Of a stretch of DNA of 25,656 nt, positions 16,913-25,634 are shown one piece after another. Numbering within the stretch: the first letter of the stretch is position 1; each line of letters begins with the position of its first letter. The notes beneath the pieces are model-generated. The model was not told the DNA's origin. It worked only from the letters and a program-made list of their open reading frames with translations, and did not search any database. The translations under genes were made by a program, and so were the position numbers. Source of the DNA: Gemmatimonadota bacterium (GTDB taxonomy: Bacteria; Gemmatimonadota; Gemmatimonadetes; Palauibacterales; Palauibacteraceae); assembly GCA_029863105.1 (NCBI GenBank), contig JAOTWC010000001.1, positions 1 through 25,656 of the forward strand. Reading direction: 5' to 3'.

Positions 16913-18354
16913 GGGCCTGCTCCGGCGCCGTCGAGGATCGTCCGGGCCGCGGCTCGCTCCATCGTCGGTTCGGTTCCCCAGGCGCACACGCCGACCCCGC
17001 CCAATTCCGCGAGCAGCCTCCGGTGTCCGAATGCTACCGGAAGTACGTCCTGGGAGGTCACTATCACCGACCGAACAGCTTCCTGCGTCCTCGGCGTCAG
17101 CCCGGCACTCCCTTTCCAGGCTTGCGGCGTCGACGCGATGAGCACAATCGCGAAGCGGGCGTCGTCGGAATCGTCGATCGTCCAGCCCGCCGCCTCAAAT
17201 TCCCGATTGAACGCCTCTCCAAACGGCGGCCTGCCCGGCTGCTCTCGATCGTCCCAAATCGCAACGACGCGCACACAGCGTTCCGAGCGCAGCCAGCCGG
17301 GCAGCTCACCGATCGTAAGCACGCTGTCGGTCGCAAGCTTCAGGCTCGCTTGATGAGAGTCGTCCTCCCGGCAGGTTGCGTCCGACAGCCGCATCCGGGC
17401 CGTCTCGGACCTCCGGATCGCGGTTTCGAGCCGTGCGCGGACGGCTGGATCGTCGCGGGCGGCTGCTTCGAGCGCTTCGACGGTGGCACGGAGATCCTCG
17501 GGGTAGACCAGCAGGTCACACCCGGCGGCGAGCGCCGCTACCGCTGCCCGACCGCCACTGCCCTGTGCGTCGAGGAAGCCGCTCATGTTCATGGCGTCGG
17601 TAATGACCAGACCCTCGAACGCGAGGTCACCGCGCAGCACGTGATCGATAATCTCCGGGCTCATCGTGGCCGGCAGGCTGGCTCCGAAGCCCGGGTAGAG
17701 GACGTGTGCGACCATGATGGCTGCTACTCGGTCGGCCACCTCGCGAAACGGCCGGACATCCGACTCCAGCATCGCCCGGGACGCATCGACGACGGGGATT
17801 TCCTCATGCGAATCGGCGACGGCCCGGCCGTGTCCCGGAAAGTGCTTGGCGCACGCGAGCACACCTTCGGCCTGGCAGGCGTCGATCCACGCTCGGCCGA
17901 GTTGTGCCACCACGCGCTCGTCCGCCGAGAACGCCCGCGTTCCGATGATCGGGTTCCTCGGTTCGACGTCCAGGTCCAGCACCGGGGCGAACACCAGATC
18001 GATGCCGAGGTTGCGGGCAGCGCGACCCGTGATCCGACCGGCCAGGGTGGCGGCTTCGATCGGTCGACGGTGAGCCGCCAGTCCTGCCGGCGGAGGTAAC
18101 GTAGGCAAGCCCCCGAACTGTTGACCCGGTCCGCGTTCGAGGTCCGATCCGATCCACAGAGGGTGCCCGGCGGACTCCCTCAACTCGGCGACCAGCCGGC
18201 GCACCTGCTCGCCCTGCCCCCCGAACAGGATGAACCCGCCCACGCCGAGGCCGAGCGCGCTCTTCGCCGTTTCCCGCACTTGCGCCTCAGGTTCGAGGTC
18301 CAGGCGAAGCGCCTCCAGTACGACCCGACCCGCGCATTCCCTGGCCTCCATCAC
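16909..18354 (-). CDS. nagZ: GH3 beta-N-acetylhexosaminidase (NagZ-like), no signal peptide
   Basis: SDLERG, APVLDL, RAFS, KHFPGHG..ADSH (NagZ Asp-His dyad loop) and ITDAMNM; ATGA overlap with the anmK stop. Confidence 0.88.
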   Translation of the reverse strand: MMEARECAGRVVLEALRLDLEPEAQVRETAKSALGLGVGGFILFGGQGEQVRRLVAELRESAGHPLWIGSDLERGPGQQFGGLPTLPPPAGLAAHRRPIEAATLAGRITGRAARNLGIDLVFAPVLDLDVEPRNPIIGTRAFSADERVVAQLGRAWIDACQAEGVLACAKHFPGHGRAVADSHEEIPVVDASRAMLESDVRPFREVADRVAAIMVAHVLYPGFGASLPATMSPEIIDHVLRGDLAFEGLVITDAMNMSGFLDAQGSGGRAAVAALAAGCDLLVYPEDLRATVEALEAAARDDPAVRARLETAIRRSETARMRLSDATCREDDSHQASLKLATDSVLTIGELPGWLRSERCVRVVAIWDDREQPGRPPFGEAFNREFEAAGWTIDDSDDARFAIVLIASTPQAWKGSAGLTPRTQEAVRSVIVTSQDVLPVAFGHRRLLAELGGVGVCAWGTEPTMERAAARTILDGAGAGP

Positions 18355-19493
18355 GCCGGGATCCGTTTTCCCAGCCGGCGTGGGCCCGCCGCCCCCGTGG
18401 CCCAGGACAGGTTCACCGGAATTCCGAGTACGTGCTGGCGGGCCAGGAGGGCGAACGCCGCCGCCTCTCGAGCATCACCGTTCCAGCCGACCTCCTCGAG
18501 CAGACGGACATCCGAATCTGGCAGGTGGCCGACCAGACGTCGTCGGATTTCCGCGTTGCGAGCGCCGCCTCCGCTCAGCAGTACCTCATCGACCCGAAAC
18601 CCGACCCGTGAGTAGCTGTCGGCGATCGAACGGGCCGTGAATTCGGTGAGCGTCGCGAGGGCGTCGGCGGGAGACAGGTCGTCGTGGCGGTCGAGCCATG
18701 CGTTCACGCGCGCCGCGCCGAATCTCTCTCGCCCCGTACTGCGCGGAGGCCCCTCGGCAAAAAACGGGTCAGTCATCCACTCAGCGACCAGGGCCTCACG
18801 CGCGGCTCCAGAAGCCGCCAGACGACCGTCCTCATCCCAGGCGGCTCCAGTGAACCGCGCTGCGGCTGCGTCGATCATCGCGACGCCGGGGCCCGTGTCG
18901 AAAGCCACGGGCGAGGTGGAGCTATCCGCCAGCGGAGGGAGCGCCGTGACGTTTGCCATCCCGCCGATGTTCTGGACCGCCCGGGCGTGGTCGGTTCGCA
19001 GCAGAAGATCGTCGAACGCAGGCGTGAGCGGGGCTCCGTGCCCCCCGGCCGCCATGTCGCGCACACGGAAGTCGGCAATTACATCGGTGCCCGTCCGTTC
19101 CGCGATCAATGCGGGCTCGCCGAGCTGGAGCGTCGATCCGCCCCCGCCGGGTCCAGGAGGACAATGCCGGAACGTCTGCCCGTGACTGCCGATGGCGATC
19201 ACGGGCTCCGATGCCGCTTCGATTGCGGCCGCCGCCGCCTCGGCGAACCGTTCTCCCAGGTCGAAATTCAGCCGGCACAACGCGTCGGAACCGGCGTCAC
19301 CCTCCACGGCATCGCGCAGTCGGGCAGCGAACTCCGGCTCATAACGCAGCGTGTCGAACCATTCCAGGCGGGCCACGGCGGGGATCTCGGCCGGACCCTC
19401 GAACCTGACGAGCGCCGCGTCGATACCGTCCAGCGACGTCCCGGACATCAGGCCCACGTACAGGCCCCCCGCTTCAGGCTGGCGTGGTGTCAA
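18351..19493 (-). CDS. anmK: Anhydro-N-acetylmuramic acid kinase
   Basis: GLMSGTSLDGID, IGSHGQT, DFRVRD.AAGGHGAPL, NIGGMAN, FDTGPG, STGRE, GGGARN and EAAAFA; TTG start with GAGGA SD. Confidence 0.96.
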   Translation of the reverse strand: MTPRQPEAGGLYVGLMSGTSLDGIDAALVRFEGPAEIPAVARLEWFDTLRYEPEFAARLRDAVEGDAGSDALCRLNFDLGERFAEAAAAAIEAASEPVIAIGSHGQTFRHCPPGPGGGGSTLQLGEPALIAERTGTDVIADFRVRDMAAGGHGAPLTPAFDDLLLRTDHARAVQNIGGMANVTALPPLADSSTSPVAFDTGPGVAMIDAAAARFTGAAWDEDGRLAASGAAREALVAEWMTDPFFAEGPPRSTGRERFGAARVNAWLDRHDDLSPADALATLTEFTARSIADSYSRVGFRVDEVLLSGGGARNAEIRRRLVGHLPDSDVRLLEEVGWNGDAREAAAFALLARQHVLGIPVNLSWATGAAGPRRLGKRIPA

Positions 19494-19560
19494 GTGCGTG
19501 TTTCCTCACGATCCGGGTCCAGGCGCCATTCGAGAGGGGAGAAGCTAACCCGCGGTACCG

Positions 19561-19611
19561 ACCATAGAACAGCGGGTCGGACCTTGCATCCTCACTGCCC
19601 CCGGGTACCAT
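19561..19611. promoter_or_regulatory. Candidate back-to-back promoters for the anmK operon and ggt
   Basis: Plus strand TTGCAT (19584-19589)-N16-TACCAT (19606-19611); minus strand ATGCAA (same 6 bp)-N17-TATGGT (19566-19561). Confidence 0.4.
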
Positions 19612-19669
19612 TGATCATGCGTCGGATTCCTCCGACAATCCACGACACGCCGACGGAGGCTGTGCGGCT

Positions 19670-21424
19670 TTGACCATTCACGACCGTATCTCCCGGACAG
19701 CCCTGCTCCTGTTGCTCGTGGTCGCCGGCTGCTCATCACCAACACAGACGCGACCTTCCGTCACCGAGGCTGACGTGCAATTTCCCGCCGCGTGGCGGTA
19801 TGACGCACGAACCCGGCCCGTGAGCGCGGACAGCGGGATGGTGGTGTCGACGGACAGCCTGGCGTCAGCGGCGGGAGTGGAGATTCTGCGCGCTGGCGGC
19901 AACGCCGTTGAGGCGGCGATCGCCACGTCCTTCGCCCTCGCGGTGGTCAACCCCGAGGCCGGCAACGTCGGTGGCGGTGGATTCATGGTGGCGCGCCTGG
20001 CCGACGGGACGGAATTCGCGCTCGACTATCGCGAACAGGCCCCGGGTGGCGCGACGTCGGATATGTACGTCGACGAGCAGGGCCGCGTAACGGACCGGGG
20101 CGTGGAGGGTCACCTCGCATCCGGCGTGCCGGGAACGGTAGCGGGCCTGGAAGCCGCGTATTTGAGGTACGGAGAGCTTCCGTGGGCTCGGCTTCTGGAG
20201 CCCGCGATACGACTCGCAAGGGACGGATTTCATGTGGCCGAGCGGCACCACAATTCGATTCGCGACAAGCGCGAACTGCTGAGCAAGTTCCCGACATCCG
20301 CCGGCAAGTTTCTGCCGCGAGGCGAGCCGCCCCCGATCGGATCCTCATTCAAGCAGCCTTATCTCGCGCGCACGCTGCAGGCGATCGCCGACGGGGGAGC
20401 CGCCGCTTTCTATGAGGGTTGGATCGCCGATTCGCTGGCTGCCGAAATGCGGCGGGGCGGAGGATTGATCAACCGGCGGGACCTGGCCGCGTACGAGGCC
20501 GTGTGGCGGGAGCCGGTGCGCGCGGAGTATCGCGGGTACGAGGTGGTGTCTATGCCGCCGGCGTCCTCGGGCGGTACGACCCTGACCCAGATCCTGAACA
20601 TCATGGAGGGGTTCGATCTCCAGACCGCCGGCTGGCACTCGGCCGAGGCGATTCACCTCGCCGTGGAAGCCATGCGTCGTGCGTATGCGGATCGCAATTA
20701 CTACCTGGGTGACACGGATTTCGTGGACGTCCCGCTCGCCATGCTGACGTCGGAGTCGTACGCCGATTCCCTGCGCCGCTCAATCGACCGGGACCGGGCG
20801 TCGGTGTCGGAGGAGTTCAATCGGGTCTCGGTCGAATCCGAAAACACGACGCACGTGTCGGTCGTTGACGTGCGCGGGAATGCCGTTGCGGTCACGACGA
20901 CGTTGAATTCCGGTTTCGGATCGGGAGTCGTCGTGCGTGGCGCGGGTTTCCTGCTCAACAACGAGATGGACGATTTCACCTCCCTCGTCGGGGTTCCGAA
21001 CCTGTATGGCCTGGTTCAGGGTGAGGCAAATGCCATCGCCCCCGGAAAGCGGATGCTGTCGGCCATGACGCCGACGATTGTCATCAATCCGCAGGGACGG
21101 ACCGAGCTCGTCACAGGCACTCCCGGGGGGGCGACGATCATCACGACCGTGTTTCAGATCGTCACGAACCACATCGACTTCGGTCTTCCCGTGCAGACCT
21201 CGGTAAACGCTCCTCGATTCCATCACCAGCATCTTCCCGACGTCATCCGGTTCGAGAAGGACGGCCTTCCGGCATCGGTCGTGGCGGAGCTTCGGTCGCT
21301 CGGACACGAAGTTTCGGAGCGGACCGGAATCTCCGGGAATGTGGAGTCGATCTACATCGCTCCCGACGGAACGATGTTCGGGGCTGCGGACCCCCGCCGG
21401 TACAGCAAGGCGATCGGTTACTAG
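19670..21424 (+). CDS. ggt: Gamma-glutamyltransferase (Ntn hydrolase), lipoprotein
   Basis: GGNAVEAA, GNVGGGGF, DYREQAP, GVPGTVAG, ENT-THVSV (autocatalytic Thr), NNEMDDF, PGKRMLSAM and GTPGG; lipobox VAGC; TTG start. Confidence 0.96.
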   Translation: MTIHDRISRTALLLLLVVAGCSSPTQTRPSVTEADVQFPAAWRYDARTRPVSADSGMVVSTDSLASAAGVEILRAGGNAVEAAIATSFALAVVNPEAGNVGGGGFMVARLADGTEFALDYREQAPGGATSDMYVDEQGRVTDRGVEGHLASGVPGTVAGLEAAYLRYGELPWARLLEPAIRLARDGFHVAERHHNSIRDKRELLSKFPTSAGKFLPRGEPPPIGSSFKQPYLARTLQAIADGGAAAFYEGWIADSLAAEMRRGGGLINRRDLAAYEAVWREPVRAEYRGYEVVSMPPASSGGTTLTQILNIMEGFDLQTAGWHSAEAIHLAVEAMRRAYADRNYYLGDTDFVDVPLAMLTSESYADSLRRSIDRDRASVSEEFNRVSVESENTTHVSVVDVRGNAVAVTTTLNSGFGSGVVVRGAGFLLNNEMDDFTSLVGVPNLYGLVQGEANAIAPGKRMLSAMTPTIVINPQGRTELVTGTPGGATIITTVFQIVTNHIDFGLPVQTSVNAPRFHHQHLPDVIRFEKDGLPASVVAELRSLGHEVSERTGISGNVESIYIAPDGTMFGAADPRRYSKAIGY

Positions 21425-21440
21425 CCGACCGCGGGCCCTG

Positions 21441-21495
21441 ACCTGCAGGGGGCCGGGGACAACGGGCGAGCGAGGTGTCCCCGGCCTGTGCAGGT
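21441..21495. terminator. Long interrupted hairpin between convergent genes
   Basis: Inner ggccggggaca/tgtccccggcc (11 bp) plus outer acctgca/tgcaggt (7 bp), with a 14-nt loop. Confidence 0.6.
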
Positions 21496-21506
21496 GCGTC
21501 GTGCGG

Positions 21507-22334
21507 TCAGACCTGGCGCCGAATCGTCAGTGGCGCATCGAGCGTCAGGGTCATGGCCGACCCTTCCGCCAGGATCGCATCCGAGTCCGCCGACCCCAGA
21601 ACGATCGCTGTTCCGGCCGCGGCACCGATAGCTCCACCAACGATCGTGCCTGTTTTGTTGCCGCCGATCACCCGACCCAAGACCGCACCGGCGGCCGCTC
21701 CGATACCGATCTTGCCGACCTTCTCGGCCGTGCCGTCGCGGCTCTTCATCGTCGGATTGGCCTCGGCGACCGACAGGGACACGGGGTACGAGTCTCCGTC
21801 GACGGTGACCTCGTCAAACGCCACCTTCAGCACGGCAGCCTCGCCGGACCCTCCCGACTTCTGAACCGCCGTGACATGGCCGCGAATCCTGGCACCGGCG
21901 GGGATCGCAACACGGTTCCCGACCACGACCGCGGATGACAGCGTCGTCGTGAACAGGTCGCCGACCTGGCTGGTCTTCGTGCTCAACTCCTGGTCAAGCG
22001 CGACGTACACGCTGGTCCCGCCCGCGATCGTCAGGTCTTCGTACTGCGGTCCCGGATCCGCGGGCTCCGGCTGCGGCTGCGGCTGCGGCCGGGGCCGCGG
22101 CCGAGGTTGAGCGGGCTGCTGGGTCTGCGGCTGCTGGACCTCGGGCGCGGGCTGTTCGGGCTCCGCCCCCGGCTGCGCGGTGTCCTCCAGTTCAGCCAGC
22201 GAATCCGCCGCCATCGCCAGATCCATTTCGCGATCGAGTTCTGCCTGTTCGCTCGTGCCCTCTCCGCAACCAGACACCATGGCGATCACGGCGATCGTCG
22301 CGAAAACGGACAAGGTTTTCCGGATTGTCATCAT
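21507..22334 (-). CDS. Lipoprotein with Pro/Gln linker, VirB10/TrbI-like beta domain and glycine zipper
   Basis: Lipobox VSGC; QPQ/PRP linker; IAGGTSVYVALDQELST...GD.F...IPAGARIRGHV; GAAAGAVLG..IGG...VGGAIGAAAG. Confidence 0.75.
   Translation of the reverse strand: MMTIRKTLSVFATIAVIAMVSGCGEGTSEQAELDREMDLAMAADSLAELEDTAQPGAEPEQPAPEVQQPQTQQPAQPRPRPRPQPQPQPEPADPGPQYEDLTIAGGTSVYVALDQELSTKTSQVGDLFTTTLSSAVVVGNRVAIPAGARIRGHVTAVQKSGGSGEAAVLKVAFDEVTVDGDSYPVSLSVAEANPTMKSRDGTAEKVGKIGIGAAAGAVLGRVIGGNKTGTIVGGAIGAAAGTAIVLGSADSDAILAEGSAMTLTLDAPLTIRRQV
22068..22089. repeat. (CGGCTG)x3.7 tandem repeat encoding PQPQPQ in the linker
   Basis: Read directly from the sequence. Confidence 0.8.
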
Positions 22335-22427
22335 CTGCTTGTCTCTCGGGTAGAGTTGTGACGCCGCCAGATCCCAGGTGTACGTCCCCGAATTCGAGGC
22401 TGGTCTCGCGCCGGCGCCTTCCCACCT

Positions 22428-22433
22428 ATTATA
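22428..22433 (-). promoter_or_regulatory. Perfect TATAAT -10 hexamer about 95 nt upstream of the Gly-zipper lipoprotein
   Basis: TATAAT on the minus strand in GC-rich intergenic DNA; no well-spaced -35 found. Confidence 0.4.
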
Positions 22434-22529
22434 ACCCTGCATGTCCAGCCAACAGAAGAGTGCAACGATCGTGCCGAATCGGGTTCGGGTTCCGGGTGCG
22501 GCGCGTCACGCCCGGGGAGTGCTGCCCGT

Positions 22530-24266
22530 TTGAATCAGCTCCGCAGCCTCTTGCCGTATTTCAGACCATATGTTCGTGGGGTGGTGGCGGGCCTGTTGCT
22601 CGTAATCATCAGCAACGTATTCACCATCGCTGGACCCTTTCTGCTCAAGCTGGCCGTCGACGCCCTGGCGGAGTCATCGTCCCGCGACGTCGTTACGTTG
22701 TACGCCCTGCTCATCGTCGCCGCCGCCGTCCTGTCCGGCATCACGCGTTTCGGGATGCGTCAGTTGCTGAACAGCATCAGCCGACGCATCGAGACGGACC
22801 TGCGCCGCGATCTGTTTTCCCATCTCCTCCGCCTGTCTCCCGAGTTCTATGACAGCTGGCGCACGGGCGATCTGATGAGCCGTGCGACCAACGACGTGCT
22901 GGCGGTCCGGCAGGTCGCGGGTCCGGCCATCATGTATCTCGTGAATACGGCAGCCGTTTCCCTGTTCGCGGTGGCGTTGATGATCTGGATCAGTCCGACG
23001 CTCACCGGCATCGCGATGATTCCCATGATCCTCATGCCGATAGCTGTCGTGTGGTTCGGAAAACGGATCCACACTCGGTTCGAGCGGATCCAGGAACAGT
23101 TCTCGGAGCTCAGCAACTTCGCTCAGGAGAACCTGGCCGGCATACGGATCGTCAAGGCATATGCGCGCGAGGAAGACCAGGCCGATCGGTTCGGAACCCG
23201 CAGTGTCCAGTACATGGAACGGAATCTCGACCTGGCCAGGATCTGGGGTGCTTTTTTCCCGGCGCTTCGGTTTCTCGGCGGCCTCGGGGCCGTGATCGTG
23301 CTATGGCTCGGCGGCACCGAAGTGATGGCCGGCCGAATCACCATCGGGGATTTCGTCGCGTTCGGTTTCTACCTCACGCTTCTCATGTGGCCGATGATCG
23401 CCGTTGGCTGGGTCACGAATCTGTTTCAGCGTGGTGCCGCCTCGATGGGACGGATCAATGCGCTGCTCGACACGGATCCCGAGATCGACGATGCCGGGGA
23501 GACGGTGGCCGGCCCCGTTCAGGGTGCCATCGAGTTTCGGAATGTCTGGTTCCGCTACCCGAAAACCGAACGCTGGGTGCTGGAGGACATCAGTTTCAGG
23601 ATCGAGCCCGGGCAGACGGTGGCCATCGTCGGCGCCACGGCGAGCGGGAAGTCAACCATCGTCCGATTGATTGGCCGGCTGTATGACGTGGTGCGGGGGG
23701 AGGTTCTGATTGACGGAATCGATGTCAGACGGCGGCGTCTCGAATCGCTCCGGTCGGCGATCGCCATGGTCCCGCAAGAACCGTTTCTGTTCTCGGAGAC
23801 ACTGCGGGAGAATCTGGTTCTCGACCAGGGCGAAGCGGAACAGCGCCTCGAGCGGGCGATCGACGTCGCCCAGCTACGCTCCACGATCGAGGAGATTCCG
23901 GACGGGCTGGACACGCTGCTTGGTGAGCGCGGAATCAACCTGTCAGGTGGCCAAAAGCAGCGGGCGACGATGGCGCGTGCCCTGCACCGCGACAGTCCGG
24001 TGCTCATCCTCGACGACTCCCTGTCGGCGGTCGACACGGTCACGGAAGAGGCGATTCTCGAGGGGTTGCGAGACTACATGACCGGGCGAACCTCGATCAT
24101 CGTCTCGCATCGTGTGTCCGCCGTGTCGGGAGCCGATAACATCCTCGTGCTCGAAGAAGGGAGAATCGTCGAGTCCGGCACGCACGTTGAATTGCTGGCA
24201 CTTGGAGGGGTCTACGCACGACTGCTCGAACGACAGCTGCTCGTCGAAGAACTTCAGGCCGGTTAG
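22530..24266 (+). CDS. Type IV ABC exporter half-transporter (MdlA/BmrC-like, TMD-NBD)
   Basis: Six-TM domain, Walker A GATASGKS, Q-loop VPQEPFLF, LSGGQKQR signature, Walker B LILDDSLSAVD, SHR H-loop. Confidence 0.95.
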   Translation: MNQLRSLLPYFRPYVRGVVAGLLLVIISNVFTIAGPFLLKLAVDALAESSSRDVVTLYALLIVAAAVLSGITRFGMRQLLNSISRRIETDLRRDLFSHLLRLSPEFYDSWRTGDLMSRATNDVLAVRQVAGPAIMYLVNTAAVSLFAVALMIWISPTLTGIAMIPMILMPIAVVWFGKRIHTRFERIQEQFSELSNFAQENLAGIRIVKAYAREEDQADRFGTRSVQYMERNLDLARIWGAFFPALRFLGGLGAVIVLWLGGTEVMAGRITIGDFVAFGFYLTLLMWPMIAVGWVTNLFQRGAASMGRINALLDTDPEIDDAGETVAGPVQGAIEFRNVWFRYPKTERWVLEDISFRIEPGQTVAIVGATASGKSTIVRLIGRLYDVVRGEVLIDGIDVRRRRLESLRSAIAMVPQEPFLFSETLRENLVLDQGEAEQRLERAIDVAQLRSTIEEIPDGLDTLLGERGINLSGGQKQRATMARALHRDSPVLILDDSLSAVDTVTEEAILEGLRDYMTGRTSIIVSHRVSAVSGADNILVLEEGRIVESGTHVELLALGGVYARLLERQLLVEELQAG

Positions 24267-24291
24267 GGATGCGTCGGCATCGGGCCGTCGA

Positions 24292-25029
24292 TCAGATTCG
24301 TTCGAGAACCCAGTCCGGAGTGAATTGGGTTGCCCATGCCGCCAGGGCCGTGAACCTGCCGCTGATGAGGAGAACACCGACAAGCACGAGCAGAGCTCCG
24401 CTCGCCCGCTCGACCCACGGCAGGTAGCGCTTGAACCGGTCGAACGTGCTGAGGAACCACGATACCGCCAGAGACGATACGAGGAACGGGACGGCCAGGC
24501 CCAGGGAGTAGAACCCGAGCAGGACGAGGCCGTCAGTCATCATTTCGCGTGTGGCCGCGAACATCAGGATTCCGCCGAGAATCGGACCAATACACGGCGA
24601 CCATCCCGCGCCGAACGTCACGCCGACAAGCGTGGATCCGAGGTAGCCGAGCGGCTTGTTCTTGAGGTGGATCCGCCTGTCGCGCTGCAGAAACAGCCCG
24701 GGACGCAACCCGAGCAGGTACAGCCCGAACAGGACGATCACGCCGCCGCCGATGCGCGCGATCCACAATTGATACTCGCGAAACAAACGGCCGATCAGCG
24801 TCGCCGATGCGCCAAGCATCAGGAAGATCAGGCTGAACCCCAGCACGAAAAACAGCGAGTGTGTGAACGCGGTGCGCCGGGCAGATGCGCCGCCCGACTC
24901 CAGATCCTCTATCCCGACACCGCTGACGAACGACAGGTACGACGGTACGAGCGGAAGTACACAAGGGGACAGGAAACTCAACACACCGGCGCCAAACGCT
25001 ACGGCGACTCCGATTTCCAATTCGTTCAC
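24292..25029 (-). CDS. ccdA: Cytochrome c biogenesis / DsbD-type thiol-disulfide transporter CcdA
   Basis: FLSPCVLPLVPSY and GWSPCIGPILG redox Cys motifs; GTG 25029 with AGGGG SD. Confidence 0.93.
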   Translation of the reverse strand: MNELEIGVAVAFGAGVLSFLSPCVLPLVPSYLSFVSGVGIEDLESGGASARRTAFTHSLFFVLGFSLIFLMLGASATLIGRLFREYQLWIARIGGGVIVLFGLYLLGLRPGLFLQRDRRIHLKNKPLGYLGSTLVGVTFGAGWSPCIGPILGGILMFAATREMMTDGLVLLGFYSLGLAVPFLVSSLAVSWFLSTFDRFKRYLPWVERASGALLVLVGVLLISGRFTALAAWATQFTPDWVLERI

Positions 25030-25069
25030 TGGCGCCCCTGCATACGTGTCGAAACCCCGGGGGTGCGGA

Positions 25070-25519
25070 TCAGACGGCGATCGCCTGCTCCGTCGTGTCC
25101 GAATGCAACGTCTCCAGCCGCAATACGGGTTCCGGATCCGCGCCGACGACAAGACGCCACCGCTCGTTCGACCCGAAGATCGGCAGGTACAGCGGTTCGC
25201 GGCGGTCCCCCAATCGTCGTCGGAAACCGGCGACGAGATTCAAGACACGCGTCTCCGGCACCGCGCCGTAGACAGTCACCCGTGCCGTTTCTCCGTGCGC
25301 GAACTCGGCTGCGCAGACGCGGAACACCCCCTCCGCCACTCTTCGCGTGAACAGCACGAATTCCTCGGAGTCCTCGAGATCGGGCAGGGGGGGGAATACC
25401 CAGACCTCGGATATTTCCTCGGGGGGTATGCTGCCGGCCAGCTTGCGGAGACGCTCGATCGTCTCCTCCCTGACCGTATCCCGGCCATTTGTCGTGTGAG
25501 CGGCGTTGCCGTTCTGCAC
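25070..25519 (-). CDS. Hypothetical protein (~149 aa)
   Basis: AGGAGG 4 nt before GTG 25519; protein-like composition (EVWVFPPL..EEFVLFT); co-directional with ccdA with a 40-nt gap. Confidence 0.65.
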   Translation of the reverse strand: MQNGNAAHTTNGRDTVREETIERLRKLAGSIPPEEISEVWVFPPLPDLEDSEEFVLFTRRVAEGVFRVCAAEFAHGETARVTVYGAVPETRVLNLVAGFRRRLGDRREPLYLPIFGSNERWRLVVGADPEPVLRLETLHSDTTEQAIAV

Positions 25520-25634
25520 CGTTCCTCCTGGAGGCGAAGACACCAGTTTGATGCCGCCGATCAGGGCGGTGGACAGACGGGACGGAGGGAATGTAGGGAG
25601 GTCGAGGCGGCGCGTACAGGGGTGTCCCGCGAGG

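Noticed and set aside
24112-25350. 412-aa plus-strand ORF (likewise 14280-15428, 17023-18099, 11339-12355, 18684-19673 and others)
   Set aside because: Antisense shadows of well-supported genes, which are expected in high-GC DNA.
4340-25629. 11-mer GGGGTGTCCCG shared by two intergenic regions (4340-4350 and 25619-25629)
   Set aside because: An 11-bp GC-rich match is expected by chance at this window size; there are no further copies to support a REP element.
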